Assembly: GCA_965214825.1 (NCBI GenBank)
Contig: OZ243981.1
Location: forward strand, 658,567-722,566
Length of the DNA stretch: 64,000 bases
From: an uncultured Pedosphaera sp.
Lineage (GTDB): Bacteria > Verrucomicrobiota > Verrucomicrobiia > Limisphaerales > AAA164-E04
Reading direction: 5' to 3'
Position 1 is the stretch's first letter, and each line of letters opens with the position of its first letter. A program made the translations under genes and the position numbers. This document shows positions 18,972-29,181 of this stretch, piece by piece. Under the pieces are notes generated by a model, which saw only the letters and a program-made list of their open reading frames with translations, was not told the DNA's origin and ran no database searches.

Positions 18972-19915
18972 TTGAGCGGCTTTCGCAAACCCGATTCAAT
19001 CTGGCAAAAAGTGAACCTGCACTTAAAAAGCTCCCCTAAACCGCAACCTCCGCAAACATACACCTGGCTCAACTGCTTCAACTCGCTGACAGGATACTTG
19101 ATATACCTCTCCATCATTTTCGGTCCCTGGGCTTTTGGAACAGTTCACACACTTGCCGTCTGGATGATGAAAAGAAACCAATCCATCAGCAAAACTATAC
19201 TGGACAGCTTCAAAAACCAACTGCCAACAATCCGCATCCTCATGCTCGCCACAGTGGGCGCGCTTTCCTACATTTTCATTCCCGCCCTTAATGCACGGGC
19301 TATTTTCGACCCACAGGCACTCAGATTTATCTACTCCGATTCCTATATCCCTTGGCTGCCCCACAGCTATAACACCCCGAAGTCTTGGTAAACTTTTTGG
19401 CAATGCCTGGCCCTCTCGTGCAGCTTCTGAGCGGTCCGCTCATGGTTGCTCACGGCGCGAAAACCTGAACAACAAAAAAGGTTCCCACTGATATCATTAC
19501 AAAAAGCCGGTTTTCCCAAAAACTCCAAACCATTCTTTATTTACTATCGATAAAAGCTGTCTTGATCGGTTTTATAGGACTGCTCCAAAGACTTGACGAA
19601 TTGCAGCAATTGCTTTGGATATACGAACCCGTCTTTTACAAAACATTTACCCAACATTACGGACCGTTTAATTATAGAGGCAATGCCGCTGCCTACTTTA
19701 ATTTAATCTGGCCCGCTTGCCTCTTCCTACTCGCCAACCTCAGGGAAACCCGTAACACCAGCAAATCATCGGTGCGCATCGGCTCAGGACACCATCTCCT
19801 GCTCTACCCCGCTCTGACATATCGCAAACCCTCCCTGAACGCTTTCCCTCAGCAGCAAACCGATCAAATTACAGCATGGGCGGCTTGGGATCATTGCGAC
19901 CCTGCCGAATTTTGA
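18972..19915 (+). pseudogene. O-antigen ligase / Wzy-like membrane protein, N-terminal fragments only
   Basis: ORF 18972..19391 has IFGPWAFGTVHTLAVWMM. ORF 19562..19915 has YGPFNYRGNAAAYFNLIWPACLFLL, resembling the GPFVNRNHFAGYL motif of O-antigen-ligase-like proteins. The Wzy_C core is absent, and the region ends against a convergent gene. Confidence 0.45.
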
Positions 19916-20059
19916 TCACTTATGGGCTAGTAGGAACCCATTTGGCTGTTCTATTTTTCACCAGGGTTGTTTACCGTCTACAGCCTTTTTGTTATCGTTT
20001 GCGCTGTTCTGACATCTACAAGACACCGCTTTTCAAATTGAACGTCTTGTTCTACTCTC

Positions 20060-21253
20060 TCAACGAACAGCCAAAGAAAAAACTTTATGAATCGTCTCAC
20101 ATGTCAAATCCATTTCCTCGTTGGTCAGAGAAGGGTGCACTAGAAAGAGAAGGCTTGTTTCTCCGAGTTCCTTGGCGATAGGCAATCGTTTTTGGGGCTT
20201 GAACCGGCTGCCATCGAATGCCTTCTCCAAGTAAACCTCGGAGCATGTCCCCGTGAAACAGGGGACACCCCGGGCAGTAACTTCATTCATAATGCGATCC
20301 CGGCTCCAACCCGAACGCAAACTCTCTGGCCGCACGAAAACATAACACTTATACCATGCGTGTTCCACATAGCGAGGCGGGCGGGGAGGACGAACCACTG
20401 AAGGAAAGCCAGCACAGATATCCAATATCCGGTTTGCATTGCGGGTTCGGGCTTCGTGCCATGCCGGCATAAACTTGATTTGCTGATGCCCGATAGCGGC
20501 TTGCAATTCCGTCATTCGCCGATTGGTTCCGAAGGACTCATGCAGCCATTGAAATCCCGGAGGACGCTCTCTTTTATACACAGCCTTCCAAGATTTTCCA
20601 TGATCTTTGTAAGACCAAGCTTTCTCCCATATATCGCAATCGTTGGTAGTGAGCATCCCTCCTTCTCCACCCGTGGTCATAATTTTGTCATGGCAAAACG
20701 ACCAAGCCGCAGCATGGCCGAAGGAACCCACGGACTGACCGCGATATTTCGCTCCATGTGCTTGAGCGCAATCTTCGATCACTTTCAACCCGCGCCGTTT
20801 GGCAAACGCCAAAAGCTCGTTCATCTCGCAAGGCCATCCTGCTAGATGAACTGCTATTACAGCCCGTGTTCGCTCCGTCGTTGCCGCTGCTATTGCATCC
20901 ATTCGAATATTCTGGGAATCGCGGTCAACATCCACAAACACTGGATCCGCGCCCACAAGGACAATCGCCGATGCAGATGCTATATAAGTTTTCGACGCAA
21001 CCAACACTTTATCGCCGGCGCCGATGCCTGTCGCGATCAGAGCTAATTCAAGCGCCGCAGTTCCGCTGCTGAGGCCGACCGCATAATCAACTCCAGCAAA
21101 CGCGGCAAACTCTCTTTCGAACTTCCGCCCTACATCTCCCGTCCAGTAATTGACTTTATTGGTTGCCATTACGGAACAGACAGCTTCCATCTCTTCGGTG
21201 CTATAACAAGGCCAGGGAGACTTTACCTTTCTCATTGCCAAACCGGGATTCAC
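20060..21253 (-). CDS. DegT/DnrJ/EryC1/StrS family sugar aminotransferase
   Basis: Full-length match in layout to PLP sugar aminotransferases (FEREFAAFAGVDYAVGLSSGTAALELAL ... HDKIMTTGGEGGML). GTG start at 21253, with an ATG alternative at 21235. Confidence 0.85.
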   Translation of the reverse strand: MNPGLAMRKVKSPWPCYSTEEMEAVCSVMATNKVNYWTGDVGRKFEREFAAFAGVDYAVGLSSGTAALELALIATGIGAGDKVLVASKTYIASASAIVLVGADPVFVDVDRDSQNIRMDAIAAATTERTRAVIAVHLAGWPCEMNELLAFAKRRGLKVIEDCAQAHGAKYRGQSVGSFGHAAAWSFCHDKIMTTGGEGGMLTTNDCDIWEKAWSYKDHGKSWKAVYKRERPPGFQWLHESFGTNRRMTELQAAIGHQQIKFMPAWHEARTRNANRILDICAGFPSVVRPPRPPRYVEHAWYKCYVFVRPESLRSGWSRDRIMNEVTARGVPCFTGTCSEVYLEKAFDGSRFKPQKRLPIAKELGETSLLFLVHPSLTNEEMDLTCETIHKVFSLAVR

Positions 21254-21256
21254 TTT

Positions 21257-22049
21257 TTAATTGGAGTATCTATGAGTTGTGTTCACAGCCTTAAGTCCAT
21301 GGTTCGAAGCGGTATAACTCAAGTAAAATACTCTGACAAGATTTCCTAAAACGGCCAGTGCCGTCCCGGTCAGAAGCAGCGCGCACCGAGAAACCCATCG
21401 TTTTAATGTCAAAAAAACCGATAAACAAGATCGCCATTACAGCAGATTGCAAACTCCGGATGCCGCTACATGCCTCATCGATGCCCACAGTGCCTGTCGG
21501 CAAATGAACAAGACTCCCCTGCACCACAGCCGGAATCCCAGCCAACATAAGAACTTCCACTGATACCTTTGCCACAAAACTTTGCAATCCGGCAATGATA
21601 CCGGATTGCATGACTGAAGGTAGAGGAAGAACAATTAACAGGAAAGCAAAACCGAAGCCGAAAACTTTCAACCCCGAAACGCCGTATAAATATATCAAGT
21701 AACTATAAACAACTAAGATATATCCGACTCCTAAACCGCTCATGCTCGACACCGTGAGGCCGTAGGCAGCTTGATAAATTTGTGTGATAAAAAGGCAAGC
21801 TATTCCAAAAGCCAATCCTGCCGCATTCCAGAAATGCCATTGGGTATAAAGCTTTGTTCGATTTTCCCAGCCTTCAAATAACAAATAACCCGTCAGGACA
21901 GGCGCAGACCAACCAGAAGACTGCTGCATGTCGGGATTATTGGCCCAAAACCAACTGGCCTTCTCTATCAGCCAAACAACCACGACGATGATTAGCACCC
22001 AGACAAGCAATTCACTCGATAGCTTCGTCTGTTCGTTACTTTTGCTCAT
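21257..22049 (-). pseudogene. exosortase (EpsH/Xrt family) with +1 frameshift in a T7 run
   Basis: GIDEACSGIRSLQS is the catalytic Cys motif. After ILFIGFF the frame breaks at the A7 run 21411-21417 (plus strand). Removing one base gives LTLKRWVSRCALLLTGTALAVLGNLVRVFYLSYTASNHG (conserved N..R and H region) and a TAA at 21257-21259. Confidence 0.75.
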
Positions 22050-22800
22050 CACTCCTCGTTTGAAATTGAACCCACTCTTCTCGATAAGATATGGGAACCA
22101 ACCACTTCTCAAGTATTTCTTTCAACCGCACTTCAGCGGAGTCTAGCTCCTTGCTCACTGGCGTCGACACCCGGATCATATGCTGCGGACCAGCTAAGCG
22201 TGTCCGATTCGAAAAGGATTCGAACGCCCAACTCCATATGCGGGCATTCGCCAGCCTTCCGACAGTTCCCGCTACATCGCCAGAATCCTTCCGACCCAGC
22301 CCGGAGTCCAGAAACTGATCCAACCGATACGGAAGAGGCTTCCCCCCGACTATAGCGCCGAAATACATCAACTCGCGCTTCGGCCCGAAGGCAAAAAAAG
22401 CGTCGCTCAAAAATGAAGTGAACTCCATGCAGCTCCATCTCGATAGAAAACGGCCTCTTCGGGAGAATCTTCATTCCGACATCAGTCCAGCATCGATCCG
22501 GGAGGATGAGAAAATAAACCAATCTGGTTCCGTTTCTCAACAAATCGTTTGGCAGAAAAAACGTGAACAACCGCTCCTTCAACATCGTGAAACTCATCGT
22601 TTACCATTTTATCTGCAACCAAAACTGCTTCGGCAGCGTCACCCACCGACAAACTTTTATACTCTCATCCAGTCACTTTTTCCTGTTCACCAAACCACAA
22701 ATAATGATCGTCCAATTCTCCCAAAGCATACCTGTTAATCGGAAAAACGCCACAATACCACCAAAATCAACGCCAACACAATCGCCGGCAGTGTTTTAAC
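22036..22800 (-). pseudogene. EpsI-family (exosortase-associated) protein remnants, several frame breaks
   Basis: Fragments lie in three frames. KTLPAIVLALILVVLWRFSD is an N-terminal TM segment. RLVYFLILPDRCWTDVGM resembles the HSPxxCLPGxGW region. ELMYFGAIVGGK...HMIRVSTPV resembles the EpsI C-terminus. Position immediately upstream of the exosortase fits. Confidence 0.4.
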
Positions 22801-22829
22801 TCAAACCCGCAGCATATCATATAAATCAA

Positions 22830-23507
22830 TTATTTCGCGTCTGCATCTGTTACACGTTGACGGCCGCTCCCTAAAAACTTCTGTGTTGTAGCATGTTCAG
22901 ACTGATTGACACCCCTGCGTGACAACGATTCCCAAACCGTCGCCCACAGAATTTTGATATCCAGCCAAAAGCTGGCATGATCCACATACCACACATCAAG
23001 CTTAAAACGTTTCTCTCAAGCTATGTGATTGCGTCCGTTAACCTGTGCCCACCCGGTAATCCCCGGCCGAACTTCATGCCTTCTCGCCTGTTCTTTCGAG
23101 TAATCATTCAAGTATTCCGTCAGCAACGGACGCGGTCTCACCAGACTCATTTCTCCCTTCAAGACATTCCATAACTGGGGCAATTCATCTAAACATAGTA
23201 GCGCCCGCAAAATTTTCCCAAACCCCGTCAACCGTAACTTATCAGCCAGCAACATTCCGCTTTCATCCCGCCGATTGTTCATTGTCCTGAATTTAACCAA
23301 CTTGAAGAGCCTGCCGCTTTGCCCCGGCCGGTCTTGAAAAAAAGCACTGGCGAACCGAGCTTGATGCGGACCAAGAAAAAAAGCTAGTAACATAGGTGTC
23401 AACAACACAAGTAAACAGCAACTGGCTGCAACGGCCATAAACCGTTTTCCAAATTTTGAATACCAATCGTTTCGATTCACGCCGGATGTTCTTCTTGTGT
23501 CGGACAA
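22830..23507 (-). pseudogene. polyprenyl-phosphate sugar phosphotransferase (bacterial sugar transferase, EpsL/WbaP C-terminal type) with an in-frame TGA
   Basis: [49 protein letters not shown] then TGA (23013-23015), then in the same frame [27 protein letters not shown] and a TAA at 22830-22832. Confidence 0.75.
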
Positions 23508-24403
23508 TTGTTCGCTGATTCAGGCAGGGGCGCGCCCACTTTTCGGAAATAAATCTGCTCTCCAATCGGATCCGAAAACCTTTTGATAATCGAACAACAC
23601 TCTAAATATGAAGCCTTCAATAAATCGCAATTACTATCGCTCAATAACGGAATTTTTTCTTCCCGATTCAATTCCACAAAAAACACTCTATTCACAAAAC
23701 GACTGCCCTTGAGCCTTTGTACAAGGCATGCACTTCCTAAATGGCGCAAAGTTACAGCAACCGTCTTTCCTAAAGTGGACAGTAGCAGATTTCTTGCCTG
23801 GACAGATTCGTTGAGTCTTTCTTTCTTGACTCTGTCAAAGTCAAACCTGGAGGTTTGGCAGAGTGAGGACAAGCATTCCAGAAACACTTCCGGTTTTTGA
23901 GTAAGCACAGGGAAACAGACAATCAAAACATCCACCTCTAGTTGAAATAGACTCAACAAATGCGCCGGCATCAACCGATCTCGCACAACGGCCTCTTCCA
24001 AATGCTTCCTACCCAAAAGCGTGGAAAACTCTCCTCGGCTTTTCCTAAACCGAATCGCAGAAATAGCCCTGTCATAATGATCCCTAAGAGACAAGATTAT
24101 CAGAACTTTGTATCCGTTATCCTTTATCGCTTTGACGTTTTGAATCAATAAAGGATCGCAGTAAGCGCGGTTTGATATATCCGCTAAAATAACCCCTTTG
24201 CTCACCCGTTTCCAAATTCTTCCAAAATGCTCTAAGGATCGGTAATAGTATCCTTCCTTGATTCCCAGAAATTCAACCGCAGGGTGCTGCTTCAAGTTTT
24301 CATATAAAAAACTAGTTCCGGACCGACCCGGTCCTACAGCAAGTAAATAATCATATCTCATCGGCTGTTTCAAGTTTGAAAGCTGCAGCGACATAAAATA
24401 CAC
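23477..24403 (-). CDS. sulfotransferase family protein
   Basis: LLAVGPGRSGTSFLYENL is a PAPS-binding P-loop-like motif near the N-terminus. Sits in the polysaccharide locus. The start is uncertain (an ATG at 24361 is also possible). Confidence 0.5.
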   Translation of the reverse strand: MYFMSLQLSNLKQPMRYDYLLAVGPGRSGTSFLYENLKQHPAVEFLGIKEGYYYRSLEHFGRIWKRVSKGVILADISNRAYCDPLLIQNVKAIKDNGYKVLIILSLRDHYDRAISAIRFRKSRGEFSTLLGRKHLEEAVVRDRLMPAHLLSLFQLEVDVLIVCFPVLTQKPEVFLECLSSLCQTSRFDFDRVKKERLNESVQARNLLLSTLGKTVAVTLRHLGSACLVQRLKGSRFVNRVFFVELNREEKIPLLSDSNCDLLKASYLECCSIIKRFSDPIGEQIYFRKVGAPLPESANNCPTQEEHPA

Positions 24404-24631
24404 AAATGCACAATAAGAGCGCCAAATGTAGTACGAAACACAAAATGAACGAAAGACCTGTCAAATCAACTCTCGATTGAACTGCACCAAGCATCGACAA
24501 GTTCTTGAAATTTCCTGACAGGATGAAAAGCGTATACACTAAATCGTATCCTCACAAACACGCCAAAACACGTCCAAACTTTTGCATGTTACCTCTTTGA
24601 GTTTCCACATTTTCCCAATAGTCAGGAATTG

Positions 24632-25735
24632 TTATTCGTGTTTGCATTTCAAAGCATTTCTCACTGCCTCAATTACACGGCACTGGTCGGACTCTTTCAA
24701 AAAGGGATGTATTGGTAGACTGAGGACTTCTTTGCTTGCTTTCTCCGCTTCAGGAAAATCGCCAGATTGATAACCCAATTTTTGAAATATAGGTTGTTCA
24801 TGTAAGCATTTGGGATAGTACACTACGGAGGGAATTCCTTCACCTTGTAACTTCTTTCGTAAAGCATCCCGATGAGGGACACGTACGGTATATTGCCCGT
24901 ACACATGCGTGTTTCCCTTTTCTATTTCAGGAACTTTGCAGATGTCTTTCAATGCTTCATTATATCGATTGCCAACATCCGCACGCCTTTGAATCTCTTT
25001 ATGGAAGTGCGGCAATTTGGCCAATAAGATCGCCGCCTGAACTGTGTCCAACCGGCCGTTCATTCCCACTAAAGTATGGCGTTGGTGCTGTTCCTTTCCG
25101 TGAACACGGATCCTTCTCATTTTTTCTCCCAGTATTATATTGTTTGTAAATAGCGCGCCTCCGTCGCCGTAGCATCCCAACGGCTTTGCCGGAAAGAAAC
25201 TTGTGCTTCCCACAGCGGAGACACCGCAGCTTCGCTGGCCGTTGCGAGCGGCCCCAAAACTTTGTGCCCCGTCTTCTATCACAGCTAATTCGTGTTCGGT
25301 AGCCAATCGGTTTGCCGCTTCAAGGTCAGGCATCTGACCAAACAAACTCACGGGAATTATAGCTTTAGTTGCCGGTGTAATCGCTTCCTCAATCCGATTC
25401 ATATCCATATTGAAAGAGCGCGGCTCAATATCTACAAAAACCGGTTTTGCTCCGACTAGTTCAACCGCTTCCGCTGGGCTGATCCACGTAAATGGAACGG
25501 TGATTACTTCATCACCGGGACCGACGTCTAGCGCCCGTAAGGCAATTTCCAAGCTATCTGTTCCGCTCGCTGTAGTGATGCAGCAGGAAACTCCCACATA
25601 TTTCGCCAACGTTTTCTCAAGCTTGGCTATTTCGGGGCCCATGATAAACTGGCTATGCTTCAAAACTCCAGCAATAGCAGCATCTATATCACTTTGATAT
25701 GCTTGATACTGCGTTTTAAGATCTATGAATTGCAT
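24632..25735 (-). CDS. DegT-family aminotransferase, WbpE/WlbC-like (UDP-2-acetamido-2-deoxy-3-oxo-glucuronate aminotransferase type)
   Basis: MQFIDLKTQYQAYQSDIDAAIAGVLKHSQFIMGPEIAKLEKTLAKYVGV..SFFPAKPLGCYGDGGALFTN..GMNGRLDTVQAAILLAKL closely follows my recollection of WbpE-type sequences. Confidence 0.8.
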   Translation of the reverse strand: MQFIDLKTQYQAYQSDIDAAIAGVLKHSQFIMGPEIAKLEKTLAKYVGVSCCITTASGTDSLEIALRALDVGPGDEVITVPFTWISPAEAVELVGAKPVFVDIEPRSFNMDMNRIEEAITPATKAIIPVSLFGQMPDLEAANRLATEHELAVIEDGAQSFGAARNGQRSCGVSAVGSTSFFPAKPLGCYGDGGALFTNNIILGEKMRRIRVHGKEQHQRHTLVGMNGRLDTVQAAILLAKLPHFHKEIQRRADVGNRYNEALKDICKVPEIEKGNTHVYGQYTVRVPHRDALRKKLQGEGIPSVVYYPKCLHEQPIFQKLGYQSGDFPEAEKASKEVLSLPIHPFLKESDQCRVIEAVRNALKCKHE

Positions 25736-25744
25736 TCCCGCCTT

Positions 25745-26716
25745 TCATAACGTCATATCTGCCAACCATTCTCGATTTTCCATATGCCAATCCACCGTCT
25801 TGTAAAGACCATCCTTTACAGACACTTTAGGCTGCCAATCTAGCAGACTTGAAGCTTTTGATATATCCGCCCAAGTGTCTGTCAAATCCGCTTGGTGCGA
25901 AGGTTTTCGATGGATGATCGCCCGTTTTTTCAAACGATTTTCGATCCATTGAATTATTGTATTCAAACTGACAGGGTTTTTGCCTCCGCCGATGTTTACA
26001 ATCTCATATCCAACCTCTCTCAAGGCGGCGATTGTTCCCTGGGCAACATCGTCAACATATGTAAAATCCCGGCTTTGGGTCCCATCTCCAAACAACTCGA
26101 CCGGAGCCATTTTTTCAACCCATTCAATAAATCGAAATACAGACATATCCGGCCTGCCGCATGGCCCATACACAGTAAAATATCGCAACACCGAAATATC
26201 CAATCCATAAAGAGAATGGTACGAGTAAGCCATTGCTTCTGCGCCTTTTTTCGAGGCGGCATATGGCGAAATCGGTTCGTTCACAGGAGCGCTTTCTACA
26301 AACGGCATTTCTTGCCCTGCGTATAATGAAGAAGTTGATGCCAGAACCATCTTGTTTACATCGTTTTGCACCATGCATTCGAGAAGATTCAACGTCCCGA
26401 GAATATTGGCATTCACATAGGCAGCAGGCATCTTCAAGCTGCGGCGAACTCCCACTTGAGCAGCCAAATTTAAAACGGCACGGATATCTGCAAGCTTAAA
26501 AACCTCTTCCAAGTCTTTTATGCTCTCCACGTTAATCTTTCGAAACATGAAGGAAGGGCTCTTGCACAAACTCTCCAGACGAAATCTCTTGAGTCTCACA
26601 TCATAGTATTCGCTCAGATTATCCACTCCAACCACTCGATGCCCCTGTTGTATCAGCAGATCGGATACTCGGGAACCGATGAACCCTGCCGCGCCTGTAA
26701 CCAAATAGTTTGCCAT
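25745..26716 (-). CDS. NAD-dependent epimerase, UDP-glucuronate 4-epimerase-like
   Basis: LVTGAAGFIGSRV..VGVDNLSEYYDVRLKRFRL..SPYAASKKGAE..RYFTVYGPCGRPDMS. ATG at 26716 sits just after the stop of the upstream gene. Confidence 0.8.
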   Translation of the reverse strand: MANYLVTGAAGFIGSRVSDLLIQQGHRVVGVDNLSEYYDVRLKRFRLESLCKSPSFMFRKINVESIKDLEEVFKLADIRAVLNLAAQVGVRRSLKMPAAYVNANILGTLNLLECMVQNDVNKMVLASTSSLYAGQEMPFVESAPVNEPISPYAASKKGAEAMAYSYHSLYGLDISVLRYFTVYGPCGRPDMSVFRFIEWVEKMAPVELFGDGTQSRDFTYVDDVAQGTIAALREVGYEIVNIGGGKNPVSLNTIIQWIENRLKKRAIIHRKPSHQADLTDTWADISKASSLLDWQPKVSVKDGLYKTVDWHMENREWLADMTL

Positions 26717-26733
26717 CCCTTCGCGTTCTCCCT

Positions 26734-28020
26734 TTATGCCTTGGTCAACTGGCCTTCTCTCATCTTTTGCGCATCCATCACATTTCTTGTATCCACAATA
26801 CAGTCGGCCCATGCGCTTAGTTCGCCATAATTAACCTTTCGGTGAGCAGTGGATATAATGACGGCATCATATTGCACTATTGTTTCTCGATTCCAACAAA
26901 TCGATTCCTTGCCCGACAAGCGATTGCTCTCGCGGCGAGGCTGAATTACTGGAATATAAGGGTCGTAATAGTCCACAACCGCCGACATTTCAGAAAACAT
27001 CTCCATCAATTTGTAAGAGGGAGACTCTCGATCGTCATTCACATCTTCTTTATAGGCAAGCCCTATAATCAATATCTTCGTCCCTTTCAGCGCTTTTCCT
27101 CTCCGGTTGAGAGCGCTCGCTGTTCTCTGAAACACATAGTTAGGCATGGAGATATTCACTTCGCCGGCCAACTCAACGAAACGAGTTGAAATGCCGTATT
27201 GACGAGCTTTCCACGTCAAATAAAAAGGGTCGATAGGGATGCAATGCCCCCCATAACCGGGACCGGGATAGAATGCCTTATATCCAAAGGGCTTGGTTTT
27301 TGCTGCTGCGATAACCTCCCAAATATCGATCCCCATTTGATTATAGATAATTTTCAGCTCGTTTACCAATGCTATATTGACACTGCGGAATATGTTTTCC
27401 AGCAATTTGGTCGCCTCAGCGGCGCGGCAGCTGGAGACAGGGACAATGGTTTCCACAACAGATTTGTAGACCTCTGCGGCTTTCTCTCGACAGAGGGGAG
27501 TATACCCGCCGACCACTTTTGGAATTTCGGCCAGTCGCCTGTTCGAATTGCCCGGATTCTCGCGTTCCGGCGAATAGGCAAGATAGAAATCCTTTCCCGC
27601 TGTCTTGCCTGAACCTTTCTCCAAAACCCTGCGCAAATCATCTTCAGTCGCCCCGGGGTAAATAGTCGATTCCAGAACGATCGTCATGCCGTCGGCAATA
27701 AACGGCGCCAGGGACTTGCCCGTCGAGAATATATATTTCAGATCCGGCTCTCGATGTTTGTTAAGGGGTGTTGGAACACAAATTAAAACCGCTTCACAAC
27801 CAGCTGTTTCCGCCATGTTGTTCGTTGCCCGGAAATCTTTGTTGTTTACCAGCGCGGAAATGTCCGATGACTTGATATGCCGGATAAAGCTCTTCCCTCG
27901 GTTGATAGAATCGACCTTTTTTTTATCAACATCGATGCCGAGCACGTCCGCCCCAGATTTGCCAAACCGCAAGCATAGTGGCAAACCGACATAACCCAAA
28001 CCAATAATTCCTACTTTCAC
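26734..28020 (-). CDS. nucleotide-sugar dehydrogenase (UDP-GlcNAc/ManNAc 6-dehydrogenase family)
   Basis: MKVGIIGLGYVGLPLCLRFGKSGADVLGIDVD..VPTPL..GGHCIPIDP. Catalytic Cys context is typical of the UDP-glucose/GDP-mannose dehydrogenase superfamily. Confidence 0.85.
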   Translation of the reverse strand: MKVGIIGLGYVGLPLCLRFGKSGADVLGIDVDKKKVDSINRGKSFIRHIKSSDISALVNNKDFRATNNMAETAGCEAVLICVPTPLNKHREPDLKYIFSTGKSLAPFIADGMTIVLESTIYPGATEDDLRRVLEKGSGKTAGKDFYLAYSPERENPGNSNRRLAEIPKVVGGYTPLCREKAAEVYKSVVETIVPVSSCRAAEATKLLENIFRSVNIALVNELKIIYNQMGIDIWEVIAAAKTKPFGYKAFYPGPGYGGHCIPIDPFYLTWKARQYGISTRFVELAGEVNISMPNYVFQRTASALNRRGKALKGTKILIIGLAYKEDVNDDRESPSYKLMEMFSEMSAVVDYYDPYIPVIQPRRESNRLSGKESICWNRETIVQYDAVIISTAHRKVNYGELSAWADCIVDTRNVMDAQKMREGQLTKA

Positions 28021-28046
28021 TTCTTATTTGATCGCCCGTGTGTTTT

Positions 28047-29129
28047 TCACCCTTCGGCTCGTTGCACAATGCCTTGGTAGACATCGTCGTAAATTTGATC
28101 CATAGTGTACGTTAAGTTCCAATTCGGATAATCCTGCGTAAAGCTCTTTGTCTCTGAAATATACCACTGATGGTCACCCGATCTGTTTCCATCAACGTAA
28201 GCGACTCTTAGTTTCTTTCCGGCTCGCGACTCACTAGCCGTTATCGCTTCAAGCATTGAACAATTCGACTCCCTGCTTCCACCGATATTGTACACTCTCC
28301 CAGATTTGGGGTTTTTTATAAACTCATGGAATGCCCTCACGAGATCGTGGCTGTGGATATTGTCTCGCACTTGCTTCCCCTTATAGCCGAAAATGCGATA
28401 TTCCTTTTCGTTGATCAAGCAATGCATGAGATAGCTCAAAAACCCATGCAGCTCGGCGCCGCTGTGCTCTCCACCTGTTAAACAGCCGCCGCGAAAACAA
28501 ACCGTATTCAATTTGAAATATCGGCCATACTCCTGAACTAACAAATCCGCTGATAACTTACTGACGCCAAACAAGCTGTGTAGAGATTGATCGACAGGCA
28601 TGGATTCGTCTATACCGGGATGGGGACTTCCGTCATCTTGATAGACTTCATACCTTGTTCCTTCTTCGACAAACGGAAACATGTTGGGCCGGTCGCCATA
28701 GACTTTGTTCGTCGATGTGAAGATGAAAGCCGCTTGCGGAGCATAATTCCGAAAAGCCTCTAAAAGGTTCAAGGTGCCGTTTGCGTTGATTTCAAAATCA
28801 GTGAGAGGGGACTTTGCTGCCCAATCGTGCGAAGGCTGCGCAGCGGTATGTATAATGGCAGTGATGTCCTCTTTTCTCTCGCGGAACACCTGAGCAAGCG
28901 CTGTCTTGTCTCGGATATCGATTGTTTTGTGCGAGTAATTTTTCAACTCATCTTTAAGTTTTGCTGCAGACCATTTTGTGGAGGCTTCTTTGCCAAAGAA
29001 AGACGCGCGCATGTCGTTGTCGATCCCGACGACCTCATAACTTTTAGCAGAGAAATAGCGAGACGCTTCTGATCCGATCAACCCTGCCGAGCCTGTTATA
29101 ATAATCGTCTTCGGCATTCTCTTATCCAA
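28047..29129 (-). CDS. NAD-dependent epimerase/dehydratase, CDP-paratose 2-epimerase-like SDR
   Basis: IIITGSAGLIGSE..STNKVYGD..FGVSKLSADLL..GKQVRDNIHSHDL..YNIGG. Confidence 0.75.
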   Translation of the reverse strand: MDKRMPKTIIITGSAGLIGSEASRYFSAKSYEVVGIDNDMRASFFGKEASTKWSAAKLKDELKNYSHKTIDIRDKTALAQVFRERKEDITAIIHTAAQPSHDWAAKSPLTDFEINANGTLNLLEAFRNYAPQAAFIFTSTNKVYGDRPNMFPFVEEGTRYEVYQDDGSPHPGIDESMPVDQSLHSLFGVSKLSADLLVQEYGRYFKLNTVCFRGGCLTGGEHSGAELHGFLSYLMHCLINEKEYRIFGYKGKQVRDNIHSHDLVRAFHEFIKNPKSGRVYNIGGSRESNCSMLEAITASESRAGKKLRVAYVDGNRSGDHQWYISETKSFTQDYPNWNLTYTMDQIYDDVYQGIVQRAEG

Positions 29130-29181
29130 TGATAAATACCCGAAACTCGTTCCACTCTGTTGCTGGCACCTATGCCGGCAA

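Noticed and set aside
23013-23015. In-frame TGA in the sugar transferase, and in-frame sequence continuing past the TGA at 59350, as possible evidence for TGA recoding.
   Set aside because: TGA terminates several confident genes at positions matching normal family lengths (the DUF1343 gene, the Sua5-type gene, trpD, LRR gene A). No SECIS-like context was evident. A nonsense mutation and a relic duplication are simpler explanations.
24351-24539. A 62-aa TM-like ORF overlapping the sulfotransferase start in another frame, as a possible frameshifted membrane anchor.
   Set aside because: There is no family evidence for an N-terminal anchor, the ORF is short and AT-rich, and the sulfotransferase has usable in-frame starts.
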